A DNA stretch of 64,000 nucleotides. Origin: Candidatus Chisholmbacteria bacterium (GTDB taxonomy: Bacteria > Patescibacteriota > Microgenomatia > UBA1400 > Chisholmbacteraceae). The translations under genes were made by a program, and so were the position numbers. Positions 27,615-37,297 of this stretch are shown piece after piece. The notes under the pieces were generated by a model. It made no database searches, had not been told where the DNA came from, and was given only the letters and a program-made list of their open reading frames with translations. The stretch is taken from contig CAVPHZ010000001.1 in assembly GCA_963704905.1 (NCBI GenBank), forward strand, positions 451,438 through 515,437, in the 5' to 3' direction. The first letter of the stretch is position 1, and each line of letters starts with the position of its first letter.

Positions 27615-29014
27615 AAAATCTTTCAATTCTTTTTCCAGTTTATAACGAAGAGGAGGTGTTGTGCCGATCAGTGAATCGGTTGCTTAGGTATCTTAAGAGA
27701 AATAAAAGTAAAGATATTGAGATTATATTGGTCGATAATGGCAGTCATGATCGCACGCCTGAAATTCTAGAGAGATTAGAGAGTCAGTCGCCTTGGATTA
27801 GGGTGTTGTGGTTGCCGCTTCCAAGTTTTGGTGAGGCAGTCCGAATCGGGATTGAGTCAGCTGAGCGGGATTTTATTTTGTTATTAAATGTAGATTGGTG
27901 GGAAGTGAAATTTATTGAGGAGGCGTATGCTGTACGAGATACAGCTGATCTTATAGTTGCTAGCAAAGTGTTAGATCCAACTCTTGATGAGCGGCCGATT
28001 GTACGACAATATTCCACAAGACTTCTCATGTTGGTAATAAGGTTTCTCTTTCGATATCGTGGAACTGATACCCATGGCATAAAATTGGTGAATAGAAAAA
28101 AAATACTTCCGCTTCTAAAAGTGTGTCAGGCTTCTGAACTCCTTGAAACTGAGTTGTTGATACGTGCACAGAACGTCGGATTAAAAATTAAAGAGTTATC
28201 CTGTGCAATTAAAGAGTTAAGACCTCCACGAAAACCTGTGATTTTTCGGTTGAAACAAATTCTTCGAGAATTGATCTCACTTCGGATAATGTTGAAAAAT
28301 AAGTCTTCACTTAGGGAGCCTACAGCTTATCACGTCGATGATTTTGGATATAGCCAAGCGTCTTATTGGAAGACACTCAAATTGCAGAGAACAGGATTAT
28401 TAACAGGTGTGTCTTTAATGGTTACAATGCCTAAATTAGGTGAAACCATTGAACAGCAGAAATACATAAGAGCGCCAATTTTTTTGCATGTAGATCTTGT
28501 GGAAGGAAAGCCAGTCAGTAATTTATCTGCAATTCGTACTCTTGTTGATCAGCAGGGGAATTTTTATCCCTTATTTCATTTTGTGATGAGATTACTGTTA
28601 AAAATAGTAGATCCCAAGGAAGTTGAGAATGAGGTTCAAGCACAGCTTTCACTAGCACGATCAAATGGTTTGGAGATTGTTGGAATTGATACTCATCGCC
28701 ATACTCATATGTTTTCTCCAGTTGCTGAGGTAGTTGAAAAAGTGCGTTTGCAGGAAAAATTGATAAGTCATGGTCGGTACGGTTCATTTGTTACTCTGAG
28801 TTTGTTAGGCTTCTCAAAGAGGTGTCTAGTCCTACTTGCTTCTTTTTATTCTCGACTGATTTATTATTTTGATCTTTCTCTTCCCATGAGTTGGCAGGGA
28901 ACCATTGACAGGTCAGTAGTATTCTTGAGCTGGGAGAAGACCAGCTTTGAAAAGCTTTCACAGGTAGAAAATAAACTAGTAGTTGTCCATCCAGGGTTAG
29001 GATTCGACAAATGA
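27611..29014 (+). CDS. Fusion of GT2 (DPM synthase-like) and YdjC/ChbG/HpnK-like deacetylase
   Basis: SILFPVYNEE, VDNGSHDRT, DTHGIK; C-terminal HVDDFG, LHVDL, EVQAQ, IDTHRHTH, VHPG. Confidence 0.85.
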   Translation: MKNLSILFPVYNEEEVLCRSVNRLLRYLKRNKSKDIEIILVDNGSHDRTPEILERLESQSPWIRVLWLPLPSFGEAVRIGIESAERDFILLLNVDWWEVKFIEEAYAVRDTADLIVASKVLDPTLDERPIVRQYSTRLLMLVIRFLFRYRGTDTHGIKLVNRKKILPLLKVCQASELLETELLIRAQNVGLKIKELSCAIKELRPPRKPVIFRLKQILRELISLRIMLKNKSSLREPTAYHVDDFGYSQASYWKTLKLQRTGLLTGVSLMVTMPKLGETIEQQKYIRAPIFLHVDLVEGKPVSNLSAIRTLVDQQGNFYPLFHFVMRLLLKIVDPKEVENEVQAQLSLARSNGLEIVGIDTHRHTHMFSPVAEVVEKVRLQEKLISHGRYGSFVTLSLLGFSKRCLVLLASFYSRLIYYFDLSLPMSWQGTIDRSVVFLSWEKTSFEKLSQVENKLVVVHPGLGFDK

Positions 29015-29104
29015 GTGACATTGACGGTGAATATAATGAGTTTTGGGATGATTTAGGATTGCTGTCTGCGAAATGAAGGCAGATTTTGTTACACTATCTT
29101 GAAT

Positions 29105-29848
29105 ATGGAATACAGCGAAAAAGATTTTCAGGATCATTTGGATCAAGAGCATAAAATCACACCTTTTTCAGAGTATCTAAAGGAAATTGTGTATGGCGGA
29201 AATGATGGGATTGTGACGACCTTTGCAGTGGTGGCTGGGTTTGCAGGAGCTTCAGCAGGTGAACATCTTTCTGGTGTGGGTATTGCCGCTGTGTTGCTGT
29301 TTGGTTTGGCGAATTTGTTTGCGGACGGGACGAGTATGGGATTAGGGAATTTTTTATCCGTTCGCAGTAATCAGGACGTATTCCGCTCTCATAAAGAAAA
29401 GGAACTCAAAGAAATCCGCGAGAATCCTAAGATGGAGGAGCAGGAAACCATTCATCTGCTTAAAAAGCGCGGGTACAGTGAAGATGATGCTAAGGAAATG
29501 GCTAATCTCTATGCAAAGAATGAGAAGTATTGGCTCGAGTTTATGATGAAGCAAGAGTTAGAGATGGCTGATCCGGAGGGAGAGAATCCACTGTCGACAG
29601 CATTGGCGACATTTGCTTCATTTATTGCTTTTGGGTTTATTCCGCTGGCGCCATATTTTATTTTGCAGAAGGTTGACCATACATTTTATTACTCTATCCT
29701 GTTTACGTTTGTGGCTCTGGTTCTTCTCGGGTTGCTGCGGTGGAAAGTGACAAAGGAAAAAATAATCCGATCGGTAGGGGAAGTGGTATTCATTGGGGGC
29801 GTTTCAGCCTTTGTTGCGTTTTTCGTCGGGACGTTTTTTAGAGGGTAA
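29105..29848 (+). CDS. VIT1/CCC1 family Fe/Mn transporter
   Basis: VYGGNDGIVTTFAVVAG, ANLFADGTSMGLGNFLS, FMMKQEL, GFIPL. Confidence 0.93.
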   Translation: MEYSEKDFQDHLDQEHKITPFSEYLKEIVYGGNDGIVTTFAVVAGFAGASAGEHLSGVGIAAVLLFGLANLFADGTSMGLGNFLSVRSNQDVFRSHKEKELKEIRENPKMEEQETIHLLKKRGYSEDDAKEMANLYAKNEKYWLEFMMKQELEMADPEGENPLSTALATFASFIAFGFIPLAPYFILQKVDHTFYYSILFTFVALVLLGLLRWKVTKEKIIRSVGEVVFIGGVSAFVAFFVGTFFRG

Positions 29849-29866
29849 TGTATTATTTGTAGATTA

Positions 29867-30685
29867 CTACTTGAATTTGGTTCCTCCGAATTTATCAAAC
29901 ACTTCAGCCTGGTTCCAGATAAACTTAAAAAGTTGCGACATGAGGTGAGCATAATCGACGCTAGCAATTTCTACACCCATGATGTCGTTTTCTCTATATC
30001 CATGGATGTGAACCATGTTGCTCAATATATAAATGTCTTGAGTGATCTCGAATTTATTTTTCGGTATAACGCGTCCTCTGAAGTGATGTCTGACATAAGT
30101 TAAATTGTCAGACCAGGATGGATTTCCATCGTTTGGTATAGGTTCTGCATCTTCTTTGTTAGCAATTTCAAAGATGTGAATATTTTTTTTCACTACTTCT
30201 TCTCTTATTGCTTCAGCAAACTCTCTCCCTAGATTTTTTATCCATAAGCTTCCAGCATCAAAGATAAAAATGTCTTCATTCTGGCGCTCGCATCGTTTCC
30301 ACTCCATTTGTTTTAGACCACGAACCTCTTTATAAAACCTAACAGACGTGTCTCTGATATTACTTGACATTAATGGTTGGAGAGATTGTTGAAGATCGTT
30401 TAATGAGTTGCGAAGTTGTTTGGCTTTTTTTTCTTTTTCCAAAACAAGAGATTCGAATTGTTTAGGATCTGCAGCATTATAGTGAGTAGTTTTGTCACCA
30501 ATTTGAACCTCCGCCAAGCCTCTTTTAGTTAAGGACTCAAGGATTCTATAAACTGTGGTGCGTTTGATAGAGGAGTGACGAGAGAGCTCAAGTGCTGTAA
30601 TCCAGTCGTGTTTAATCAGTAACAGATAAACTTCTTGTTCTTTTTCATTTAAACCAAATAGTTTGAGTGATTGATGTAGATCCAT
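29867..30685 (-). CDS. TrmB family transcriptional regulator
   Basis: LFGLNEKEQEVYLLL..TALELS..IKRTTVYRILESLTKRGL HTH; VRFYK..GLK. Confidence 0.9.
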   Translation of the reverse strand: MDLHQSLKLFGLNEKEQEVYLLLIKHDWITALELSRHSSIKRTTVYRILESLTKRGLAEVQIGDKTTHYNAADPKQFESLVLEKEKKAKQLRNSLNDLQQSLQPLMSSNIRDTSVRFYKEVRGLKQMEWKRCERQNEDIFIFDAGSLWIKNLGREFAEAIREEVVKKNIHIFEIANKEDAEPIPNDGNPSWSDNLTYVRHHFRGRVIPKNKFEITQDIYILSNMVHIHGYRENDIMGVEIASVDYAHLMSQLFKFIWNQAEVFDKFGGTKFK

Positions 30686-30694
30686 ATTACTCTC

Positions 30695-30780
30695 TGTCTA
30701 CTATTATGGACAACAGTTTGTGCTTTGTCAATGCCTAGTGTAGAATTCATCGAATTAATTAGTGTTATCAATAATGGACA
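30695..30780. promoter_or_regulatory. Divergent promoters with two candidate operators (TGTY-N10-GACA)
   Basis: tgtctactattatggaca 30695-30712 and tgttatcaataatggaca 30763-30780; minus-strand TTGACA-17-CATAAT and plus-strand TTGTGC-17-TAGAAT. Confidence 0.6.
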
Positions 30781-30783
30781 CTT

Positions 30784-31728
30784 ATGAAGATTTTTGTACT
30801 AAGTCCAAAGTCAGAGTTCACACAGAGCCAGCTGAGAAGATTGAGTGGTCTTGGTGAGGTTATTTATACCAAGAATCGAGATGAGTATCCTTTGAATAAG
30901 TTAATCAACTTTGCGAGGGATTCGGATATATTGGCGTTTGATCCTGATAATATTGGTGGTTTTGAAAAATCACCAAAGAGACTTGTGAAGCTCATAGATT
31001 CTATGCCAAATATTAAAGGTCTGGCATTAAGCACAACCTCATTTGGCTATGTAGATTTAGACTACTGCAGGCGAAGAAAGATTAGTGTTTCGAATGTACC
31101 TTACTATTCTACTGAGTCTGTGGCTGAGCATGTCGTAGCTTTTATGCTTGGGGCTGCAAAAAGAATCTTTCTAACAGATAGGAGAACGCAGAGAGGTACA
31201 TATCTTTTGATGGAAGGATTTGAGCTTAAGGGTAAAACTTTGGGTGTCATTGGCTTAGGTCATATTGGCGAGCGATTAGCCGAGTTGGGACTGGCTCTGG
31301 GGATGAAGGTTATTGCTTGGAATAGGACTCCTAAGAAGGTAAAAGGAGTCAAGATGGTGTCTTTAGATAAGGTATTGTCTGGTTCCGACGCGATTTCAAT
31401 TAATTTAGCCGAGAATGAGGATACAAAAAGAATTATTTCGAAGCAGAGAATTGCGAAGTTGAAAAAAGGAGTAGTTGTTGTCAATACTGCCGACCGGTCG
31501 CTAGTGGATGAAGAAGCCATGGCGAAAGCTTTAAAGTCAAGGAAAGTTGATACATATGTATTGGAGGCTGAGGATTTGACTTCTCCTCCCCTAGGAGGGG
31601 TTGAAAATGCAGTCCTTTTTAAAGGGTTTGGTTGGTATACAAAAGAAGCATTGGAAAAAAATAAAGAGATTTGGATTGAGAATATTGAGGCGATAGTGGA
31701 AGGGAAGTTGAAGAATTCGGTTAATTGA
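30784..31728 (+). CDS. D-isomer 2-hydroxyacid dehydrogenase family NAD-binding protein
   Basis: NVPYYSTESVAEH, ELKGKTLGVIGLGHIG, VNTA..LVDEEAM. Confidence 0.85.
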   Translation: MKIFVLSPKSEFTQSQLRRLSGLGEVIYTKNRDEYPLNKLINFARDSDILAFDPDNIGGFEKSPKRLVKLIDSMPNIKGLALSTTSFGYVDLDYCRRRKISVSNVPYYSTESVAEHVVAFMLGAAKRIFLTDRRTQRGTYLLMEGFELKGKTLGVIGLGHIGERLAELGLALGMKVIAWNRTPKKVKGVKMVSLDKVLSGSDAISINLAENEDTKRIISKQRIAKLKKGVVVVNTADRSLVDEEAMAKALKSRKVDTYVLEAEDLTSPPLGGVENAVLFKGFGWYTKEALEKNKEIWIENIEAIVEGKLKNSVN

Positions 31729-31737
31729 TTGGAGATG

Positions 31738-32922
31738 TTAGGCTAGGTTGTACTTTTTAGCAAAGTCATCTAGTCTATCAAATGTTTTGTGGATTATGGT
31801 TGGATCGGCGGCAAATGACATGCGAATGTGTCCCTCGCCGCTTGGGCCCATTGTGCTTCCTGGGATGGTGATGACCTTGGCTTCATCGACAAGTTTTTTA
31901 GCAAATTCAAATGAGTTGATGTTAAAGTATAAATATTTGGGGAAGGTGTAATATGCCCCATCTGGTTTGTGATACGAGAAGAGTTGAGGTAGGTTGTCTA
32001 ACCTCTCACAGATTGCTTCTCGGCTTTTCGTGAATTTTTTCTTAAAGTATTTCATCGCTTGTATTCCGCGTTTATCAGAAAGAGCTATGGTTGCGGCGAC
32101 GATTGAAGTTGTTGCTGGCCCGATGCTGAAGTACACATGGATATCGTTTATTTTTGAGATAATTTGTTTGTTGGCATAAGCATAGCCTATTCTCCAGCCG
32201 GTCATTGCGAACTCTTTACTGAAACTCTTGCATAGCACCACATTATTTCGAAGCTCTGGAATTTTCATTGGGCTGAAAAGTTTTTTCTCATAGGTTAGGA
32301 ATTCGTAGGCCTCATCGAGGATGAGAATGAGGTTTCTCTCTAATACTATTTGTGATATCGTGCGTGCTTCGTTTTCTGATAAGACAGAACCAGTCGGATT
32401 GTTGGGATTGGTGAGGAGAATTGCTCTTGTGTTTTTTGTGATTGAACTTTTCAGTTTTTCTAAGTCAATGGTCCACCCTTTTTCCTCTTTATATGGGACG
32501 AATATTGGTGTTGCTTGGGCAATGTGAATTTGTGAGAGATGGAGCGGGTAGCTCGGGTCGAAGTAGATTATTTCATCTTCCTTTTGCAGGAGCGCCATCA
32601 TGGAAGAGAACAGCGCACCAATTCCACCGGTCGTGATATAGATCTCTTCCATATCTGGATTAAAGCCATAGAGATGCTTCATTTGATTTATGATTTGTTC
32701 TTTCAGATCGTTGTCAATTTTTGCACTAGAGTACATGCCCAATTCATTGTCTGTTTTTGATCGCTCGTAGAGCTCGTCGTAAATGAATGGAGGTGTAGGG
32801 AATAGCGGGGTTCCTTGGCCGAGGGAAGCGACGTCATCGTATTTTGAGGCATAGCGCATCATGAATCCGATACCGGAGTTGGGGACGTTGGTGGCGCGTT
32901 TGCTGAATGGATAGGTGGTCAT
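31738..32922 (-). CDS. PLP-dependent aminotransferase class I/II
   Basis: LGQGTP, NPNNPTG, DEAY, SFSKEFAMTGWRIG, GHIRMSFA. Confidence 0.95.
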   Translation of the reverse strand: MTTYPFSKRATNVPNSGIGFMMRYASKYDDVASLGQGTPLFPTPPFIYDELYERSKTDNELGMYSSAKIDNDLKEQIINQMKHLYGFNPDMEEIYITTGGIGALFSSMMALLQKEDEIIYFDPSYPLHLSQIHIAQATPIFVPYKEEKGWTIDLEKLKSSITKNTRAILLTNPNNPTGSVLSENEARTISQIVLERNLILILDEAYEFLTYEKKLFSPMKIPELRNNVVLCKSFSKEFAMTGWRIGYAYANKQIISKINDIHVYFSIGPATTSIVAATIALSDKRGIQAMKYFKKKFTKSREAICERLDNLPQLFSYHKPDGAYYTFPKYLYFNINSFEFAKKLVDEAKVITIPGSTMGPSGEGHIRMSFAADPTIIHKTFDRLDDFAKKYNLA

Positions 32923-33037
32923 TTTTCTTGCGATATTGTATCAGTTTAGTTAGATAACAGTTTGTTAATATATTAGCTAGAAATTAGTCTGACATAGATT
33001 TCCAGGGGTGGCAATTTTTTTATGATAAACTAGAAAC

Positions 33038-33490
33038 ATGAAGAAGCTTGTAACTGATGTCATGATTGAACTTCATGTCCCAAGCTTTGAAGTGGTGAAG
33101 AAGTTTTATGGTGACCTGGGATTTGAGAGGGTTTGGGAAAAGAAGCCGATAGAGAGGAAGGGATACATGGTGATGCGGAGAGGAGGCTCTATTTTGAACT
33201 TCTACTGTGGAAATGAACATGTATACGAGCAAGATTACTTCAAGAATTTTCCAAGAGACAGTAAACGAGGTTACGCGGTTGAGGTGATAATACCAGTTGA
33301 TAATTTGAAATCACTTTACGAAGAGGTTTTAAAGAAATATAAAGAGAAAATTACTAGACCTTATAACTCGAAGTTTGAAAAGCCTGATTTTCGTATGGAA
33401 GACCCGTTTGGTTTCTATCTTCGGTTTGTTGAGCGGTATGACTGGGTAAACAACAGAGATGAATTTGGAGAAGTAAGAAATGAATCATAA
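33038..33490 (+). CDS. VOC/glyoxalase family protein
   Basis: ELHV..KKFYGDLGF, DFRMEDPFGFYLRF. Confidence 0.85.
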   Translation: MKKLVTDVMIELHVPSFEVVKKFYGDLGFERVWEKKPIERKGYMVMRRGGSILNFYCGNEHVYEQDYFKNFPRDSKRGYAVEVIIPVDNLKSLYEEVLKKYKEKITRPYNSKFEKPDFRMEDPFGFYLRFVERYDWVNNRDEFGEVRNES

Positions 33491-34460
33491 AAATCGAGTA
33501 GGGCTGGGGACATTTCCGTTATCGGGAGTGTTTCGTGAGATTGGCAAGGATGAGGCGAAGCTGGTGGTTCGCCGATTTTTAGAATTGGGTGGGTATTATA
33601 TTGATACTGCTCCGCTTTATGGATTTGGTGAAGTGGAAGAGTTGTTGGGTGAGGTATTTACTGACTTTTCCCGCGATGATTATTTTTTGATGACCAAGTG
33701 CGGGATCGTTGGAATTGAAGAAAAAGAGAAAAGAAAAAGCAGCAAATACGATGATGTCATCCTCGAGTGTTATAAATCGTTGAAGCGACTGGGTGCTGAT
33801 TATTTTGATCTCTATTTTGTGCACTCACCTGACCCTGAAACGCCGTATGACGAGACAATCACGGCACTTAAAGAGCTCAAAGATGAAGGGAAAATTAAAC
33901 ATATTGGTGTTTCAAATGTCTCTTTGGAAGAGTTGGAGAGATACAACACAACGGAATTGGTTGAGTATGTGCAGAATCGATTTAGTTTAATCAATCGAAG
34001 TATTAATTCTGCGATGCAAATATATTTTATGAAGCACAACATTCAACTCGTTCCATATAATGTGTTGGAGCTTGGACAGTTAACTGAGGATATTCTCCAT
34101 GATCCTTCATTACGAGAAGGTGATTTGAGAAAAGAACTTCCTGAGTGGGAGAAGCACCGATTGGATGTGATTGTGGAATGGGCGGAACAAGAACTTAAGC
34201 CAGTTGCTAATGAATTGGGAATCGACCTTGAACTCCTTGCGATTGCTTGGACGCTTCATCAACCGCAGGTTTGCTGTCCAATTGTCGGGATGACTACAGT
34301 AGATCAGGTTGAGGAGAATTTACGAGCAGGAGATATTAAACTTAGTGATCGGCAATTAGCTGCAGTTGATCGGGCGTTTGAGAATTTGCGGAAGAATACA
34401 ATAGCACTGCAAAATCTGGATGTGCATGAGTTTCGTGGTTTGAATGAGAAGTATAGTTAA
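33480..34460 (+). CDS. Aldo/keto reductase
   Basis: GLGT, IDTAPLYG, TKCG, SLKRLGADYFDLYFVHSPD, GKIKHIGVSN. Confidence 0.95.
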   Translation: MNHKNRVGLGTFPLSGVFREIGKDEAKLVVRRFLELGGYYIDTAPLYGFGEVEELLGEVFTDFSRDDYFLMTKCGIVGIEEKEKRKSSKYDDVILECYKSLKRLGADYFDLYFVHSPDPETPYDETITALKELKDEGKIKHIGVSNVSLEELERYNTTELVEYVQNRFSLINRSINSAMQIYFMKHNIQLVPYNVLELGQLTEDILHDPSLREGDLRKELPEWEKHRLDVIVEWAEQELKPVANELGIDLELLAIAWTLHQPQVCCPIVGMTTVDQVEENLRAGDIKLSDRQLAAVDRAFENLRKNTIALQNLDVHEFRGLNEKYS

Positions 34461-34519
34461 CTAAGCGGAACTTTAAGATATTGATATAATCTCAGCACAT
34501 TATTCTCAGAAAGGAATTT

Positions 34520-35893
34520 ATGGCAAAACTTGTGTCTACAAATCCTGCGAGAAATTATAAGAAGGTAGGAGAGGTTGATGTTTCTACGTCGCTTGAGATA
34601 AAGGAAAAGGTTGAATTGGCAAATGAGGTGAAGAAAGAGTGGAAAGAGTTGGGTGTGAGCAAGAGAACAGAGTTGTTGAGACCCCTGCTTAAAGATCTTA
34701 AGGAAAGAAAAGAAGAGATTGCTCTATTGACTACAAGAGAAATTGGGAAGCCGATAAAGGAGGCTCGAGGCGATATTGATTGGGATGTCGATTATCTGAA
34801 AGAATTTTTAAAAGATGGAAAGAACTATTTGAGTGACGAGGTCACCTATAAAGGGGATGGTGAGGTGCATCGGTTGGTGTTTGAGCCGATTGGTTCGGCA
34901 GCAGTTATAGTACCTTGGAATTTTCCCTTTGCTAACTTTCTGTGGGGTGTGATTCCTAACTTGATTGCGGGTAATACCGTTGTATTCAAACACTCGGAAG
35001 AATGTCCATTAGTTGGAAGGCTTTGCGAGAAGATGATCGAAGAGCTTAATTTACCTGAGGGTGTGTTTAATGAAGTCTATGGCGGGGGGGCGGTTGGAGA
35101 GATGCTAGCCCGGCAAGATGTTGATCTGATTTGGTTTACCGGGAGCTCGGCAGTTGGGAAAAGGCTCTATCAAATTGCAGGAGAGAAGCAGATCAAAGCA
35201 GTTCTGGAGATGGGAGGCTCAAATCCAGCTGTAATTTTTGATGATGTAAGTATTGATAGTTTGGTTGACCGACTTTATGAAGGTCGTTTTCTAAATAATG
35301 GACAAGTATGTGATGCTATAAAGCGTATTATTGTTCAGAAATCTGTTGCTCAGCAACTGGTAGAAAAACTGAAGAAGAAAGTCTCATTAGCCGTTGTGGG
35401 TGATCCTGAGGAAGAAAAGACTGATATTGGTAGTTTGGTGGCAAAAAGACAGCTTGAGCTGTTGAAGGCTCAAGTTGCTGATGCAGCTGCGAAAGGCGCA
35501 AAGATAGAGATTGGAGGAGAGGAGTCAGCTGGAATGGCGGGCGCTTATTATCTGCCAACTATTGTTACTCATGTTGATCGGAGCATGAAGATATGGAATG
35601 AGGAAGTTTTCGGTCCTGTTTTGCCAGTGGTTGAATTTTCGACAGAAGATGAAGCAGTTGAGTTGGCGAACGATACGATCTACGGTTTAGGTGCAATGGT
35701 CTTTTCAAAAGATAAAAAACGTGCCAAGCGTGTAGCTTCTCAAATTGATGCGGGATGCATTGATATCAATGATGGAAATCATTGGAAGGCTTGCAATCCG
35801 TTTGGGGGATATAAGGCAAGTGGAATGGGGAGAGAACATGGGAGGGTCGGTTTCCGAGAACTTTGTCAAATTAAAGTGATTGCGGAAGGGTAG
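34520..35893 (+). CDS. Aldehyde dehydrogenase
   Basis: PWNFP, FTGSSAVG, LEMGG, NGQVCD, EEVFGPV, PFGGYKASG.GRE. Confidence 0.95.
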   Translation: MAKLVSTNPARNYKKVGEVDVSTSLEIKEKVELANEVKKEWKELGVSKRTELLRPLLKDLKERKEEIALLTTREIGKPIKEARGDIDWDVDYLKEFLKDGKNYLSDEVTYKGDGEVHRLVFEPIGSAAVIVPWNFPFANFLWGVIPNLIAGNTVVFKHSEECPLVGRLCEKMIEELNLPEGVFNEVYGGGAVGEMLARQDVDLIWFTGSSAVGKRLYQIAGEKQIKAVLEMGGSNPAVIFDDVSIDSLVDRLYEGRFLNNGQVCDAIKRIIVQKSVAQQLVEKLKKKVSLAVVGDPEEEKTDIGSLVAKRQLELLKAQVADAAAKGAKIEIGGEESAGMAGAYYLPTIVTHVDRSMKIWNEEVFGPVLPVVEFSTEDEAVELANDTIYGLGAMVFSKDKKRAKRVASQIDAGCIDINDGNHWKACNPFGGYKASGMGREHGRVGFRELCQIKVIAEG

Positions 35894-35895
35894 AT

Positions 35896-36600
35896 ATGAA
35901 ACTGAAAGGTAAAAAGATTCTTATTACAGGTGCCTCGAGTGGTTTGGGGTTCTCTCTAGCTAAGCTATTGGTTAGCAAGGGTTGCAAGGTATATGGAATT
36001 GGTAGAAGTGAGAGTGGTGTAAAACAGGCTAAGAAAGCGCTTAATAAAAAAAGTTTTATCTGTGAGGTTTGTGATGTCACCGATGCTAAGCAAGTGGAGC
36101 AGTTAGTTGGGAAGGTTGGAGTTGTTGACGTTTTGATAAATAACGCAGGTGTGTGGCTTGAAGGCCTATTGCAGGACAATCCTGCTGAGGATATTTCAAG
36201 GACAATTGACGTCAATCTTAAGGGTGTTATTTATATGACTAAACAAATGTTGCCTTTGATGGTAAGGAGAAATAACGGAATCATTGTTAATGTTTCATCT
36301 ACAAGTGGAACGAGCCCAAAAATTAGTCAGTCAGTATATGTTGCAAGTAAATGGGGTGTGACTGGGTTTACAAAATCGCTCCAAATGGATTTGAAGGATA
36401 CAAATATTAAAGTGGTTGGATTTTATCCAGGTGGGATGAGAACCAAGATGTTTGCTAAAGCAGGTAATCCGAAAGAAAACCAGGATTGGATGGATACAGA
36501 TACGGTTGCAGAAATTGTTGTTTCTATTTTAGAGCAGGATGATTCAATGGTCTCTGATCATGTGGTGTTGAATAAGCGTCTTACAAAAACTTCAAACTAA
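35896..36600 (+). CDS. SDR family oxidoreductase
   Basis: TGASSGLG, INNAG, YVASK. Confidence 0.95.
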   Translation: MKLKGKKILITGASSGLGFSLAKLLVSKGCKVYGIGRSESGVKQAKKALNKKSFICEVCDVTDAKQVEQLVGKVGVVDVLINNAGVWLEGLLQDNPAEDISRTIDVNLKGVIYMTKQMLPLMVRRNNGIIVNVSSTSGTSPKISQSVYVASKWGVTGFTKSLQMDLKDTNIKVVGFYPGGMRTKMFAKAGNPKENQDWMDTDTVAEIVVSILEQDDSMVSDHVVLNKRLTKTSN

Positions 36601-36602
36601 AA

Positions 36603-36956
36603 ATGAAACCGCAGAAGTTATCTAAAAAGCAGATTGAATTGGTTGATTTGGGTTCGAAAAAAATTCAGAAGTACCCATTAGATACGAAACTAATGAGTGT
36701 TGCTTATATGGTGGTGGATGGACGACATCCAAAGGGAAAGAAGAAGTTTCTGTTGGAGCATGATTGTGCGTTTGTTGTCTACCTCATTAAAGGTAAGGGA
36801 AAAGTTTATGCTGGAGATGAAGTATTTGATGTTCGGGTTGGAGATGTGGTTTTTGTTCCAACAGAGCATAGGTTTGCGGTTGAGGGGAAGATGGAGTATG
36901 TGACGGTAGATACTCCAGCTTTTTATTTAGAGCAATCAGAGGAAGTTACAGTCTAA
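36603..36956 (+). CDS. Cupin domain protein
   Basis: GRHP..EHDC..VYLIKGKG..VGDVVFVP..HRF. Confidence 0.8.
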   Translation: MKPQKLSKKQIELVDLGSKKIQKYPLDTKLMSVAYMVVDGRHPKGKKKFLLEHDCAFVVYLIKGKGKVYAGDEVFDVRVGDVVFVPTEHRFAVEGKMEYVTVDTPAFYLEQSEEVTV

Positions 36957-37297
36957 TGAAACTTCGAAATGTCATTTTCTATGTAAAAGATCTTGAAAAA
37001 TCTAAGGATTTTTATCACAAACTCGGATTTGAGATGACTCAGGATTTTGGTAGCTTTATCTCGTACAAAACAGATGATGATGAAATCTATTTTTCCTTAA
37101 ACTCAACTCTTACTGAAGATAGAGTACCAGGAAGGCAAGTCTGTGTTTTTTGGACGGAAGATATTGAGGCTGGATTTGAGAAAATGAAAGAATTAGGTGT
37201 TGAGTTTGTTGAAGAGTTGTACGAAGCACCGTTTGGACGAACATTTTCAATTCGAGATATTGATGGGAATAAAATTGAGTATGTGGAGAAGAAATGA
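36956..37297 (+). CDS. VOC/glyoxalase family protein
   Basis: YVKDLEKSKDFYHKLGF, PFGRTFSIRDIDGNKIE. Confidence 0.9.
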   Translation: MKLRNVIFYVKDLEKSKDFYHKLGFEMTQDFGSFISYKTDDDEIYFSLNSTLTEDRVPGRQVCVFWTEDIEAGFEKMKELGVEFVEELYEAPFGRTFSIRDIDGNKIEYVEKK

